From Amoebidium appalachense (taxonomy: Eukaryota > Protista > Ichthyosporea): a stretch of DNA of 64,000 nucleotides. Below, in pieces: positions 1 to 13,093 of this stretch. The number at the start of each line of letters is the position of its first letter. The first letter of the stretch is position 1. The position numbers and the translations under genes were made by a program. The stretch is taken from positions 62,001 through 126,000 of the forward strand of contig CAVNZM010000008.1 in NCBI GenBank assembly GCA_963693365.1. The letters are read 5' to 3'. The notes below the pieces were generated by a model. That model was not told where the DNA came from. It did not search any database and saw only the letters and a program-made list of their open reading frames with translations.

Positions 1-279
1 TAAGCATACACACACGCGAGCAGGCAACATGGGTCTCGCCAAGCACACAGCAAGAAGCAATACAACATTTAACATGGAGAGTACGCAGAGGCATGGTGCA
101 TGCACGCGCGCACCTTTAACAATCAGCCGCTGCCGCATCAGGTTCTCCCCATACCACTGATTAATCTCCTCATACCCCACTTAGACCCCGGCATCACTAT
201 GCAAGAAAACCCCCGAAATTCACTCACCAAAACACGAATTATAGAAGCAAACTAATACGAATCAGCTCAGCACATGACA

Positions 280-1138
280 AAACCCTTGGCAAATTTCCTT
301 GAAGCAGAAGTTGCCTCCTTTCTATCTAACAACTGTTGTAAACCTGGGCCTGTAACGCTCTCGATATATGGTCTGGTCCCAATAGCTGCTAGAGTATCCT
401 ATCTCGCGCTGAAATTCAATAAGCACATAAGCCGCTTAAAGAAGTATTTGCCCTCCCACCCTCTCTTCTCTATCCGACCTGTCCCCTCCTCACCTCTCCC
501 CTCTTTCCTCCCCTCTCTCTCCCCTTCTCCCCTGGGCACAAATACAAATAAACCCCGCAATAGTGTGTGTGTGACTTTGGACTGCCACTTACTTATTAAA
601 CATGTACACAATCACAAGATAATCACGCAATATAACAAATGGAAAAAGATACCACACGACACTAGACCCGATGAAAGCATACACCTTGAAAAACTAAGCC
701 TTATGTCTCGTTTTATATATACTGACCGCCTCAACCATATTGCCAAATATGGCACTCGCAAGTGTATAACACCTAAATACATATTACCTTCCTGTAGAAC
801 TGGTCTTTCTCTAGCTGATGGTATTATTGATCAATTACCACGCTTTTACTGTACACGTGCTATACAGTGGAGATCTAATAAGTATAAGGTGGCATCATTT
901 GCATGCCCAAACAACACACAAACACACCAGTTTAACCGGTCATGTATCGCCAAATGTAGTTTGATAGACCACATAATACCGCAACACACACACGTCACAT
1001 TCACAACAGACACCCAGAAAGATAGCCTACCTGTAAATTACAACATCCTTGATTTTATACTAAACACGCGTAACTACGACCTGTTTATTAGATGTATTGA
1101 TTGGCTTGAGAAACACATCACTACAAAATTATAGCGCA

Positions 1139-1205
<67 letters not shown>

Positions 1206-1237
1206 CCAGCTGATACCGAGTGTCCCGAGGGGAGCCC

Positions 1238-1275
<38 letters not shown>

Positions 1276-1469
1276 GGGGAACCCCAACTAATTGATTTCT
1301 CCTTGTAGTCTTTATGGTGTCTCGTAGAGAAAGTAAACCCTGATATATAGTCACCACCCGACATCTATGTACGTGATCATGATATACCGCTGAGGGGATA
1401 TTCCGAGCAAAACCCCCCCCCCATACCTGAGACTGGTTCTCTTTGCCTCGAGTAAACAGCGTAAACCCC
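280..1469 (+). mobile_element. 5'-truncated copy (~1.2 kb) of the APE-RT non-LTR retrotransposon: ORF2 C-terminus, (CA)n, internal A-tract, 3' tail
   Basis: Near-identical to the reverse complement of 46850-48036 and to 52015-53214. Encodes the ORF2 C-terminus ending KHITTKL* (1134) and ends in GTAAACAGCGTAAACCCC. No clear TSD. Confidence 0.92.
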
Positions 1470-2682
1470 ATATGTAATAGGGGTGTCATATACTACGATG
1501 GCGCTCATTGTTGCCTAGCATGTACATATGTCACTGGCTGCATTTGATTGGCTGCGCTGGAAAACGCAGTAGGCCGTCGAATGTGGCTGGGCCTCCCGGC
1601 AGTGTCCACGCAATAAAACGTGTGTAAACCCGCGTATTCAACAAAGTTTTCAGGGCTAGATTGTCACTTTTCGGAAGGCTAGAAAAAAAAGTAAATAAAA
1701 AATTTTCCATGTATTTTTTTGTTTTTTTTGACTGGATTTATTCTACGGAAAGATATGCAAGTATGCACGGCATACTGAAAAGACAATAAAAAAAAATCAC
1801 GAGTTATCCAGTATCAAGTGCATACTGAGATACCTGAACACTGTGTGAAAATCATGTAAGTAACCCGAAAAATTATATATTATAATAAGATCTTTCATAT
1901 TTTCTAAGTGGTGGGGTTAGGTTGTCTCATTCGTTTTGTAGTTTTTCTTGTAGTGAATCGGTATTTAACAAAATTTTGTTTGAATATGGTAGGATTCCGG
2001 GTTTTATTACGCGACTCCCTTAGCAATTACACACCCCGACAGACAAAGCAGGGCTTCATATTCCCCAAAATAGACACCTGACAAACTTTTTCATGGGAAA
2101 ACACTTACTTTGTATAAAAAAACACCAAATTACACTATGTTGGTCTATTTTACTGCTCCGAAAAACCAAGACAGCACCTCACAGCTTAAATACGACGATT
2201 TTGGGTCGTAATTCAATCCCTGATTCTGAGCCAAACTGATTGGTTGGAAGTGCACCATTAAGAATTTGTAGACGCATACGTAGCGCATTCTCATTGGTTG
2301 AATCCCAGCAACCAATGCCACTCGGGCTGGAGTCAGGAAACTTCTCAGCTCGTCTCGGAGTCGTTGGATTCGGAGAAGCATTGGGTTGATGATAGCATAC
2401 ATACTCTGATATATTTGGCAAAGAGAACTGAATTAAAAAAATTGACACTTACAGCTGCGGTTGTGATCATATATATAGTATATGAATTTTTCTTATCTTC
2501 TCTACTTTTTTCTTCCCCTATGAAAACCATGCAAATTTGCCCCCCTCTGTAGGAATTTCAGGAACAACGAGTTGAACACACCAACTGACCAACGCGACCG
2601 CGCACGCAGAAAACGCCTGAGCTCGAGGCTCCAGTGTCTTACTTCACACCTGCACACACTTGACACACACACACGCTCGACC

Positions 2683-5662
2683 ATGAAGGGCAAGTTGAGG
2701 TGGCTGTTTGTCCTGCTGGTGGTGGTCTTGCTGACTGGTACGTGTAGCCATAAGTGCCCGCTACCCTTCTTGAAACCCTCTTTCTTTGGCACTGGGGTTA
2801 GTTAGTTGCCACCTTCTACCAACACAGCCATTATCCCGAATGGTGTTTGAGTAACACGGAGAAAAAAATTGTGGACACACACTTAGTGGTCATGCTCACG
2901 CTTTGGGCCCACAGTCACGACAGTACGTGCAGAGGACGAGGACGCAGAGGAGGCGGCTTCCACGGCAAGTCCTGTTGCCTCACCGGCAGAGAAAAAACAG
3001 TTCGCAAACCCCCCCCCCCCCCCCCCCCCCCCCCCGGGACCCGACTGTGTACCTTATTACTTTCTAACTCATTTTAAGGGTCCACCCGACCGGGCCATGG
3101 ACACACACACACAGAGAGAGACACACACACATAATTAAACACACGCACACACATAGTCATACAAGCAAGTATAGACCGACACTAGCTCTATTCCCGGGTG
3201 TTTTGGGTAAAGCTGCTTCACTCTCTTGTGTCGGCTCCCCCCACGTCCAGCCTTCCGTTCTTCCAGGTAGCCTCGTCTTACTCTGTGCGGAAGCCACCCA
3301 AGCAGCCATCTTTTTGGTCGATGCACCTATCACCTCTCTCCACGAGAACTGTTTACCATACCTTTTTGATGTGATGCCGGACACGGACTTTATCTACACT
3401 CTCTGGTACACGGGTTCTTTTTTACCCTTGACATTCATCTGCTTACCGGTCCGTAACTGTACCCTTCCCGTCTTTTCATCCTCCATGGTCTGCTGGCATG
3501 ATTCTTCACATGACCAAGCTCCATTCCTTTTCATTTACCTTTCGCAAAACCTTCTCTCCCTCAGAGGAAATGGACTTGCTTGCTTTTCCCTGGTTCTCTT
3601 TGTTTTGTGTTTGCTTTTCATCCCACAGGCGGCCTTTCATGGTATGTTGGCTGTATGCCGTAGGCCATTAACCCCAGCCCTGCAGTGTGGTGCTCGAGGG
3701 GCTGAGCGAGCAGGCCAGCGAGGTGCTGCTGGAGCAGACGGAGGCACAGAGCTTCCAGGCCGAGGTGGCGCGGATGATGAAACTGATCATCAACAGCCTC
3801 TACAAGAACAGGGACATATTCCTGCGCGAGTTGATCTCTAACGCCTCGGACGCCCTCGACAAGATAAGGTGTGCTTCCCTGCTTGCATGTGTAAGGTCAT
3901 TCTTACGTGGTTTTATGCTATGTGGTATCACGTGTAGGTGTCCTACCAAGCAGTTGTGTCATCACGGAAAGGAGGGTGGGGTGGGAACCACGCGCGGACG
4001 GGGGTGGGGGAGGGGGAGAGGGGAGTTGAAGGGAAGGAGATTCCGGGCCGGGGAGCTGAGCTTATAAGTGTGTGGAGTGGGTCTCAGTGTGTGTGTGTTT
4101 TTGTGTTCGTGTGTGTGCATTGAGTTGGTAGAGGGGGGGGGGGGGGGGGGTAAGAGGGGAACGGGCACAATAAACAAGATGCGTGATTTGACACGTTACC
4201 ACAGGTTCCTTTCGCTCACCAACAAGGACCTGCTGGCAGCCAACCCCGAGCTGGCCATCAAGATCAGGGCAGACGAGCAGAACGGCGTGCTCCACATAGA
4301 GGACTCGGGCATCGGTATGGATGCAATGGGACGCTGGTAGGGGATTTGGCAGGTGTTATGGGGACCGGGGGGGGGGGGGGGGGGGAGGGGGGAGGCACTA
4401 AGAAGAGATCCGGAGGAATGCCTTTACGCAGGTCTTTTTCTTTTGTGTGTGTGTGTGTTTGGGGGGGGGGGGGGGGGGCAGGGACGGTGGCTGTGTTGCT
4501 ACCTGTGGCCGGGGATGGTGGTGGTGGGGCAGGAGGACTGAGGCGGGGTATGCAGGGATGACCCGGGAGCACCTGAGCAAGAACCTGGGCACCATTGCAC
4601 GCAGCGGCACGGCCGAGTTCATGGAGGCGTTGCAGCAGGGCGACAGCAACAGCCTGATTGGCCAGTTCGGCGTGGGCTTCTACTCCGCCTTCCTCGTCGC
4701 AGACACTGTTGTCGTATGCCACACCCCCCCACCCACCCGCCCATCCACCCACCCACCCCCCAACCTACCCCCATCCCTAAGGTTAATAAGACAATGGGCT
4801 CAATACCGTAAATTGCTAAGAGACCTCCACTAGACCCTCCTCTCTGCTTGGATATCCTGCCCCTTGGCCAACCATTGGTGGGGTGGCTGGTGGGTGGTAG
4901 GGCCGGGAGAGGATGGGAATGAGAGAAAGGAAGACTAAGAAATCAGGAGTACGTTTGGTGAGACAGGACAGGGCAGTGCTGACGGGAGCTGCAGGTGACG
5001 TCCAAGCACAACGAGGACGAGCAGTACATCTGGGAGAGCGATGCGTCCTCCTACAAGATCGTCAAGGTAGCACCCCCTTCAAACACCACCACACATGCCT
5101 CCCAGGAGCCTCTAGCCTGCAGTGCCTGTGCTTGCGTTGTGGATTCATTCCTCATGGGCGGCAGAAACAATACTTTGCCCCTTCTGAACTTGTCATAGTG
5201 GCTTGGAGGCAGTCGTTGAAAAGAGACCCCCCCCCCCGCCCCCCCCGCACCTCCTTCCTTCCCTTGTTCCTGCTCCCGCTCTCCCTCCCGATTAGTTCAG
5301 CACTGTGTGGCACAACAATCTCTCTTCCCCCCCCCCCCCCCCCCCCCCCCCCGGGGCCCCAGCTCCTCTCCTTCGCCTTCTCTAAAACACCGCGGGAGGG
5401 AAGGGTGGGGGATGTATCGGTAAGCAGGTTTCCCAGTGGATGCATCAGAAACAGTGAAAGATTCAAAACTAAAAGTCGGCCTCTTAACAGGACCCCCGTG
5501 GGGCCGAGGCCAAGATTGCACGGGGCACGCGCATCTCGCTGTACCTGAAAGACGAGGCCAAGGACTTCCTCAAGGAGGCCACCCTTAAGGAGCTGATTTC
5601 CAAATATAGCCAGTTCATCAACTTCCCCATCTACCTGTACACCAGCAAGCAGGTCGACAAGG

Positions 5663-5702
<40 letters not shown>

Positions 5703-5974
5703 CCCCTCTCCCCTCCCCCCCCCCCCCCCCCCCCCTCGCTGGATGGGCTCTGCTTACTATGCTGCCCATCATTTGTGTGTTATTTGTGCTCTGTAACGTT
5801 CGAGACCCCTCCCACCCACCCCCACCCCCTCCCCTCCCCCTCCCCCGCATGAGCGCCTAGGATGAGCCCTGCTTGTAATGTATACATACTCTTTGTGTGC
5901 GCTTGACGTCATATGCATTCTGTTGTCCGTCGTGAGGGTGTCCTTCGCACCCGGGGACACATTCTATCCCCCCC

Positions 5975-6008
<34 letters not shown>

Positions 6009-6519
6009 CCCCCCCCCCTTTTCTTTTTACCCGGTGGCGGTTCTCTCGAAACTCTCCTGTCGATTCCATCTGCCCACACATCCCAATACTATCCCCTTAC
6101 TTATGCTGCCCATGCCAACCACCATCATCATCTGATGTTCTCTGCCCATACATCCCAGCAGCACAATGGCAGCACTAAGTTGCATGTCTGTCTTCCTCCT
6201 GTGCCTTGCCGTGTGGCTGAGTGGGTGGGGTGCAGGCGGATGTGAAGGATGAGAAGAAGGACGATGAGACCGTCGAGACAGAGGACGAGGGCAAGAAGGT
6301 GTGTGCACGTGCACACCCACACTAAATGCACGTGCACACCCGCACTAAATGCACGTGCACACCTGCGCCCATACGACAGGCCATTGAGGAATACAGCACC
6401 ACAACCCACACAATGCTCTCTTGGCCAAGGGCCAGTCTGTTGCTTTTGCACAGGGATATTAGCAAGCAACCTCGGCTCTTAAACACACCAACACACTCAC
6501 GAGGGGGATTCCCCCCCCC

Positions 6520-6568
<49 letters not shown>

Positions 6569-6671
6569 TGTGCACATGGCTGATGTTGCATACTTGAATG
6601 TTTGCCTTTGCATGTGTCCTGCACCATGCTTCTCGTCGTGTATGCGTACTTCGTACCGTGTTCCGCATTCA

Positions 6672-6723
<52 letters not shown>

Positions 6724-9700
6724 ACACACACAAGGGTTCCTTTCCTCCACCATGCACAAACACACACACACTAACCTGTCAATACACATATATGACGTCA
6801 ATCCACCCATTCCTGCCCCCACGCCATGACATGCATGATGCAGGTAGGGACACTGACTGGGGGGGGTGCAGGAGAGTAAGAAGGAGACGGAGACGGTGTG
6901 GGACTACGAGCAGCTCAACACGGTCAAGCCCATCTGGACCCGCAGCCCCAAGGACATCAGCAGCCAGGAGTACACGGACTTCTTCAAGACCGCCTTCCGG
7001 CAGCACGAGGTACCCCTGCTGGCATGTTGGGCGGGGTGGTGCCTGTGGTGGTGTGCATGTGCCTTGTGTGTGCTGACCTCGTGTGCAGGAGCCCATGACC
7101 CACATGCACTTTGATGCCGAGGGGGAGATCAGCTTCAAGGCGCTGCTGTATGTGCCGGCGCAGGGCGCAGCGCAGCTGCTCAACGGGTACAACAAGGCCA
7201 AGGCCCACCTCAAGCTGTTTGTCCGCAGGGTGCGTGCACGCCCCCCACCAGGCACATGCGGCCATGCCTACACACGCTCCCTGCAGCCCTGAAGGCATGC
7301 ATGCTGTCTTGGGTTCCATGCCTGCAAAAGCTCACGGGCATGCATGTTTAGCTTTGAGCATGTACACATTGCTGAGCACACATGCTTCGGCAACCACATT
7401 GGGCAAAGCACGAAAAGGAAGGGGAGAAGGTGGTGCGGCCCACCAGTGCATGCCCACCTACCCCTCCTGCATTCATAACCCCCCCCCCCCCGCGGGTGCT
7501 GACAGGGATTCTCGTGCAGGTGTTCATCACGGACGAGCTGACGGAGATGCTGCCCAAGTACCTGTCGTTCGTGCTGGGGCTGGTGGACAGCGACGACCTG
7601 CCGCTCAACGTCAGCAGAGAGACGCTGCAGCAGACCAAGCTGGTCAAGCTGATGCGCAAGAAGCTGGTCCGCAAGGTCCTGGAGATGTTCAAGCGCCTGG
7701 CCGACGCAGGGGTAAGCACAGGCACATGCACAGGCAGACACGTGCATGCACTTGCACATGTGGTTGGGCAAGACACGTGCATTTAGCACACACGGATAGG
7801 CAAATACAGGCATATGCGCATGCTGGTCCGCAAGGTGCTGGACATGGTCAAGTGCCTGGCCGATGCGGAGTAAGCATAGACACACACGGACAGGCAGACA
7901 CATGAGCATGCACTAGCTCAGATGGATGGGCAAACACGTGCAGATGCTGTCAAATACGTGCACATCCAAATGGGCAGACACATGCACACGCGAATAGGCT
8001 GCCACTTGCGCAGACCCTTGCGCACGTGCACATAGGCAAACACATGAACACATACAATGCTTGCACTGAAACGGCCTCCAATCAGCGCAGCGTTCTGTGC
8101 AATAGGATTGGTTGGTGGTTTGACTCTTACCGTCATTCTGAGCGAGGCAAAATTTCCGAGATAGATGGGACCATGCCCGCCCAATCGTACGACTGCAAAG
8201 ACCTGCTTTCTGGCTGATTGGAGGCCATTTGCAGTGCAAGCATTGTACACTTGCACATGGGGATAGACAACCACGTGCATTCGCTGAACATACGGTTAGG
8301 CACACACATGCAGTGCATGCCCACCCAAGACGTACCAGATTGACGGGCCTTCCTAGGCCACATTTGCACGCATGACCCCCTGTTGCAGACATGATTGAAA
8401 CACGGGTTTTACGAGTGCCATGCATGCACCCATTGCACGCACACAGACATACTGACTGTGCCGGCAGGAGGAGACGTACCAGAAGTTCTGGAAGGAGTAC
8501 GGCACGTTCATCAAGCTGGGCACCATCGAGGATGCGGCCAACCGGGCCAAGCTGGCCAAGCTGCTGCGCTACCCGTCCAGCCACGGCGCAAACCTGACCT
8601 CCCTCGAGGACTACGTGGACCGCATGAAGCAGGTGCGCCCCCACACAGGCCACACAGAGTTGCATAGGGGCATGCACGCACATATCTATGCATTGGGACA
8701 AAGTGAAACTCTTGTGCATCCACCTCACACACACGGAGGAGCACCCTTCACGCAACGGGCATGGACACACAAACACACCCAGTGGCACATTGGCACACTC
8801 ACACACACTAGACAGGCACACTCGTACACTGACACATTGGGACACATACGCACACATATGATACACGCCTGGTCACTCTCATAGACGCACATTAGGCACA
8901 CCAGCACACACACAAGGAGGAAAAGCAGGAAATTAAAGCCCTCCCCCTCCCCCTCCCCCTCCCCCCCCCCAAAAAAAAAAATAAAAATAAAAATAAGAAA
9001 AAGAAGGGGGGGAAAAAAAAAAGAAAGAAAGTGGAAAAATTACTATTCAGTTGGCTCCGTCACCTTGGCCCTCGGCATCTATAGGCTAGCCCCATGTTGC
9101 CCTCTGGCCTTGTGCTGTTTCCAGTTTGCATGGCTACAATGTGTGCTATATTTAGCGCCTAGTTACTCATGATGTGCTATACATAGTGCCTGGGGCACCC
9201 ACGGTGTGCTATATAAAGTGCATGGACACTCACGGTGTGCTATATATAGCGGCTAGGGCACCCACGCTGTACTATATATAGTGCCTGGGGCACCCACGCT
9301 GTGCTATATAAAGTGCATGGACACTCACGGTGTGCTATATATAGCGAATAGTTACTCAGGGTGTGCTATATATAGCGCCTGGGCACTCACGGTGTGCTAA
9401 ATATAGCGCGTAGTTACTCAGGGTGTTCTATATATAGTGCCTAGTTAATCATGGTGTGCTGTATATAGCGCCTAGTTACTCATGGTGTGCTATATTTAGC
9501 GCCTCGTTTCCAACAGTGTGCTATATATAGCACCTGGGCACCGACGGTGTGCTATATAGAACGGCTGGGCACTGACGGCATGCACAGGACCAGGAGGCCA
9601 TCTACTACATGCCCGGGCTGAGCCTGGAGGAGGCGTCATCGTCCCCCCTTGTGGAGCGGCTGCTCAAGCGCGGCTACGAGGTGCTGTACTTTGTCGAGCC

Positions 9701-11634
9701 AGTGGACGAGTACACCGCCGGCCACCTGCAGGTGCGTGTCTATGGCCAGAAAAGGGGAGGGAGGGGGGGGGGGGGGGGGGTAGACGATGGACACGCTTGG
9801 ATGAATGTTTGGAACTGGGGTGTCAACAAAGGTTTGGTGCATGTGCTGTGGTGTGGGGGGGGGGGATGGGGACTTTGCAGTTGGTGGGGTGGGGGGCACC
9901 AAAGCACACGAGCAGACCCTGGGCTGTGGCCATGGCGTTTAATGCGGCAGGCAGTTCCAGCAGTGGTGCTGACGGGGGTTGGGGGCAGGAGTTTGGGGGC
10001 AAGAAGCTGGTCAATGCGGCCAAGAAGGACCTCAAGCTCAAGGAGTCCAAGGGCGAGCAGAGGGCCCTGGACCGCCTCAAGAAGCGCTTCGACGTGCTGA
10101 CCAGGTGGCTGCCCAAGGTCCTCGACAAGAAGGTACGCACTGTGTGCCATGCATCCGTGCCCATGCCTGCGTTGGGTGGCTCGGTCCATGCCACTAGAAT
10201 CACACCCCAAGCAATCAGTGATTCCATTTCTCCGGCTGTCATCCAGGGGCATAGCTTCTTGTTGAAAGCCTTTGCCGTGTTGTGTCCCACTAGTAACTGA
10301 CACCGTATAATTACTGCTGTCGCGTCAGTTAAATCTCATGTTCTCTCCTGTGTTTGTGATTTCTGCAGCCCTCAGAACTTTATGCCTTAAAACAGGAGTA
10401 GTTTACTAGCCAGGAACGTACCGAGTTGGTAGCCTGACGGTAACCCTGCTAGCCTCGGATTCGATACAGGTGACCCACCCAAGTTCAAGTGAATCTACAT
10501 CTCAGTTGTATTTCTTTGAAGAGATGAATGGGTCAAAGCTCGGGTGATGTGTGTGACTTGCCCCCCACCCCCCTCCCCCTCCCCCTCCCCCCCTGCGGAG
10601 GACGGGCTCTTTCAAATATGCTTACTCTTGTGTGCCCCTTCAAACCTCTGCGAAGGTTTGTCCGACAATTGAGATGATGGTGGGGCTATGTTGTATCTGA
10701 CGTGTGGAATGCAGATTGAGAGTGCGGTGGTCAGCAACCGGCTGGACAAGTCCCCGTGTGTGCTTGTGGCCCAGGACTGGGGCGTGAGCGGCACAATGGC
10801 AAAGCACATGAAGGCCCAGGGTGACCGTGGAAACAGGTGTGTGTGTTTGTGTGTGTGCTTTGTTTGGGGGAGGAGGTAAGGCAGCAAGGTGGCATGACGA
10901 GCATCTGAGGGCCATGTGCTCTTTGCCTGTGCCTGGGCATGGTTGCACATGCATGCAGGGGGTCAGTGGTGAAGAAGGGACTAGAGGGCAGGCAATGGGT
11001 ACGGTTCATGCACTTGGCCGTCCGTTGGTGTACCCCCTAAACCCAACCCCCAGTCTCATGCACACACACCCCACCCCCTGCGCCACATCCACTGTCTGCC
11101 TTGGCTGTTGGGTTGCTTGCCAACACGGCTCCTGCGCTATGTGTGCCCCCTAACAATCCCCCCCCCCCCCCCCCCCCCCCCAGTTTCCTGGCCGACATGC
11201 CGCCCGTGCTGGAGCTCAACCCGCGGCATCCGCTGGTGCAGAAGCTGCAGGCCATGGTCAGTGCCCTGCCCGAGGACCAGCGGGCCAGCGACCCGGCAGC
11301 CACGGACCTGGCCCGCACCCTGCACGACACGGCCGTACTGCGGTCGGGCTACGAGCTCAAGGACCTGGCCGGGTTTGCTGAGCGCATCGAGCGCATGCTG
11401 AGAAGGGCAGCAGATGTGCCCCAGGATGCCCAGGTGGACGAGGAGGTGCTGGTGGATGACGAGGAGGACGAGGATGAAGACAAAGAGGATGACAAGAAGG
11501 AGGACCTCGAGGAAATCAAACTGGACGACGAGGAGGCCGCTGGTGAGGCGGCTGCTGGCAGCACCCTCGATAGTGATACGTTTGAGAAGTTGAAGGAGGC
11601 TATCGAGGAAAAGAAGACCAAGGATGAGCTCTGA
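2683..11634 (+). CDS. HSP90B1: ER HSP90 paralog (endoplasmin/GRP94), multi-exon
   Basis: Signal peptide [18 protein letters not shown]; motifs [71 protein letters not shown]; C-terminal KDEL*. Exons read by eye: 2683-2737, 2915-2964 (GC donor), unresolved micro-exon(s), 3686-3868, 4205-4314, 4556-4713, 4995-5066, 5491-5664, 6236-6298, 6872-7009, 7089-7229, 7520-7711, 8468-8632, 9588-9731, 9989-10132, 10715-10836, 11184-11634. Confidence 0.96.
6564..6674. repeat. Intronic dispersed repeat (~110 bp) ending in poly-C
   Basis: Reverse complement closely matches the start of each 452-bp unit at 54901, 55353 and 55805. More diverged relatives lie near 33820-33895 and 58521-58635. Confidence 0.85.
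8055..8245. mobile_element. TA-flanked MITE (Tc1/mariner-type), 191 bp, in an HSP90B1 intron
   Basis: TIR CAATGCTTGCACTG-AAACGGCCTCCAATCAGC versus right-end reverse complement CAATGCTTGCACTGCAAATGGCCTCCAATCAGC; TA at 8053-8054 and 8246-8247. Confidence 0.8.
9139..9570. repeat. Minisatellite, ~30-31-bp unit (GTGTGCTATATATAGCGCCTGGGCACTCACG-like), about 14 degenerate copies
   Basis: Recurrent GTGCTATATATAG core at ~31-bp spacing, directly upstream of the exon at 9588. Confidence 0.9.
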
Positions 11635-11679
11635 ATGCTTAGTGGGGGAGGCCCGTCGACACACACACACACACACACA

Positions 11680-11787
11680 CCATAGACATTACCGTATTAC
11701 ATCAGTAGCATGTGACCTGCTGAGCTCTAGGACCCCATAGACATTACCGTATTACATCAGTAGCATGTGACCTGCTGAGCTCTAGGA
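11680..11787. repeat. Exact tandem duplication (~55-bp period) in the HSP90B1 3' UTR
   Basis: CCATAGACATTACCGTATTACATCAGTAGCATGTGACCTGCTGAGCTCTAGGA occurs twice. Confidence 0.9.
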
Positions 11788-12156
11788 TAGCACACAGTCA
11801 CAGACAAACAGAATCGAATGGCGACACGCATGTAACCACTGGGACCCAATAGACAGGCAGGTCCAAGCATGCGAGCCGAAAATAAATCTCATAAGATACC
11901 CCCCCCCCCCCCCCCTTCCCAAAAAAAAAAAAAAAAAAAACGCCACCATCACCAATTAAGTTGTTCCTGGGATTTTCTGGCTAGCACAATCTGTGCTTGT
12001 GTGCTGTGTGTTGAACTTACCAGTCCCTACTTGAACTAAATCGTCGCCGTGGCCAGGGAGTTTCAAGGATTGACACGTCGCGCTGGGTTTCTTGTACCTA
12101 ACCAACACACCTACGCATCTGTAATAACCACAAGGCGTAGCATGTTCAAACAACTA

Positions 12157-12497
12157 CAAGGGTGGTTTGTAAATAAGCTAGTTCGTTTACAAGATTCTAG
12201 CGTCTACAGTTTTTTGAAACAGAATAAGATTCCAGAGTCTATCGAGGGTGGGGGAAAAATAGGATAACAAGGGGGGGAGTGGGGGGGGGGGGGGATCTGG
12301 CAGATAATAATAGTTTCCAAGGCCTTGATAGTTTCTCATCTTAACTTCTCCTGCGAGTAGCACAACAGTGAGTGTGTGTGTGTGTGTGTGTGTGTGTATG
12401 TATTGTGCATGTGTTTGTGTTTGTGTTTGTGTCTGTGCGTGCATGTGTGTGTGTGTGTGACACTGTGTGTGTTTGTGCATAAGCTTGTGTTTGTGTC

Positions 12498-12531
<34 letters not shown>

Positions 12532-12589
12532 ACACTGTGTGTGTGTGTGCATAAGCTTGTGATTGTGTCTGTGCGTGTATGTGTCTGTG

Positions 12590-12632
<43 letters not shown>

Positions 12633-12669
12633 CACTGTGTTTGTGCATGTGCTTGTGTTTGTGTCTGTG

Positions 12670-12724
<55 letters not shown>

Positions 12725-12757
12725 TACTGTGTGTGTTTGTTTGTGTCTGTGCGTGCA

Positions 12758-12802
<45 letters not shown>

Positions 12803-12833
12803 TACTGTGTGTGTTTGTTTGTGTCTGTGCGTG

Positions 12834-12890
<57 letters not shown>

Positions 12891-12951
12891 CACTGTGTGT
12901 GTTTGTGCATGTGCTTGTGTTTGTGTCTGTGCGTGTATGTGTGTGTGTGTG

Positions 12952-12995
<44 letters not shown>

Positions 12996-13026
12996 CACTG
13001 TGTGTGTTTGTGTTTGTCTGTGCGTG

Positions 13027-13093
<67 letters not shown>

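Noticed and set aside
9139-9570. CRISPR-like array of palindromic repeats
   Set aside because: No unique spacers, the units are degenerate tandem copies, it lies in a eukaryotic intron, and there are no cas genes.
10425-10480. tRNA or tRNA-derived SINE head (TAGCCTGACGG..GATTCGATAC)
   Set aside because: The A/B-box resemblance is weak, the spacing is too short, and no cloverleaf forms.
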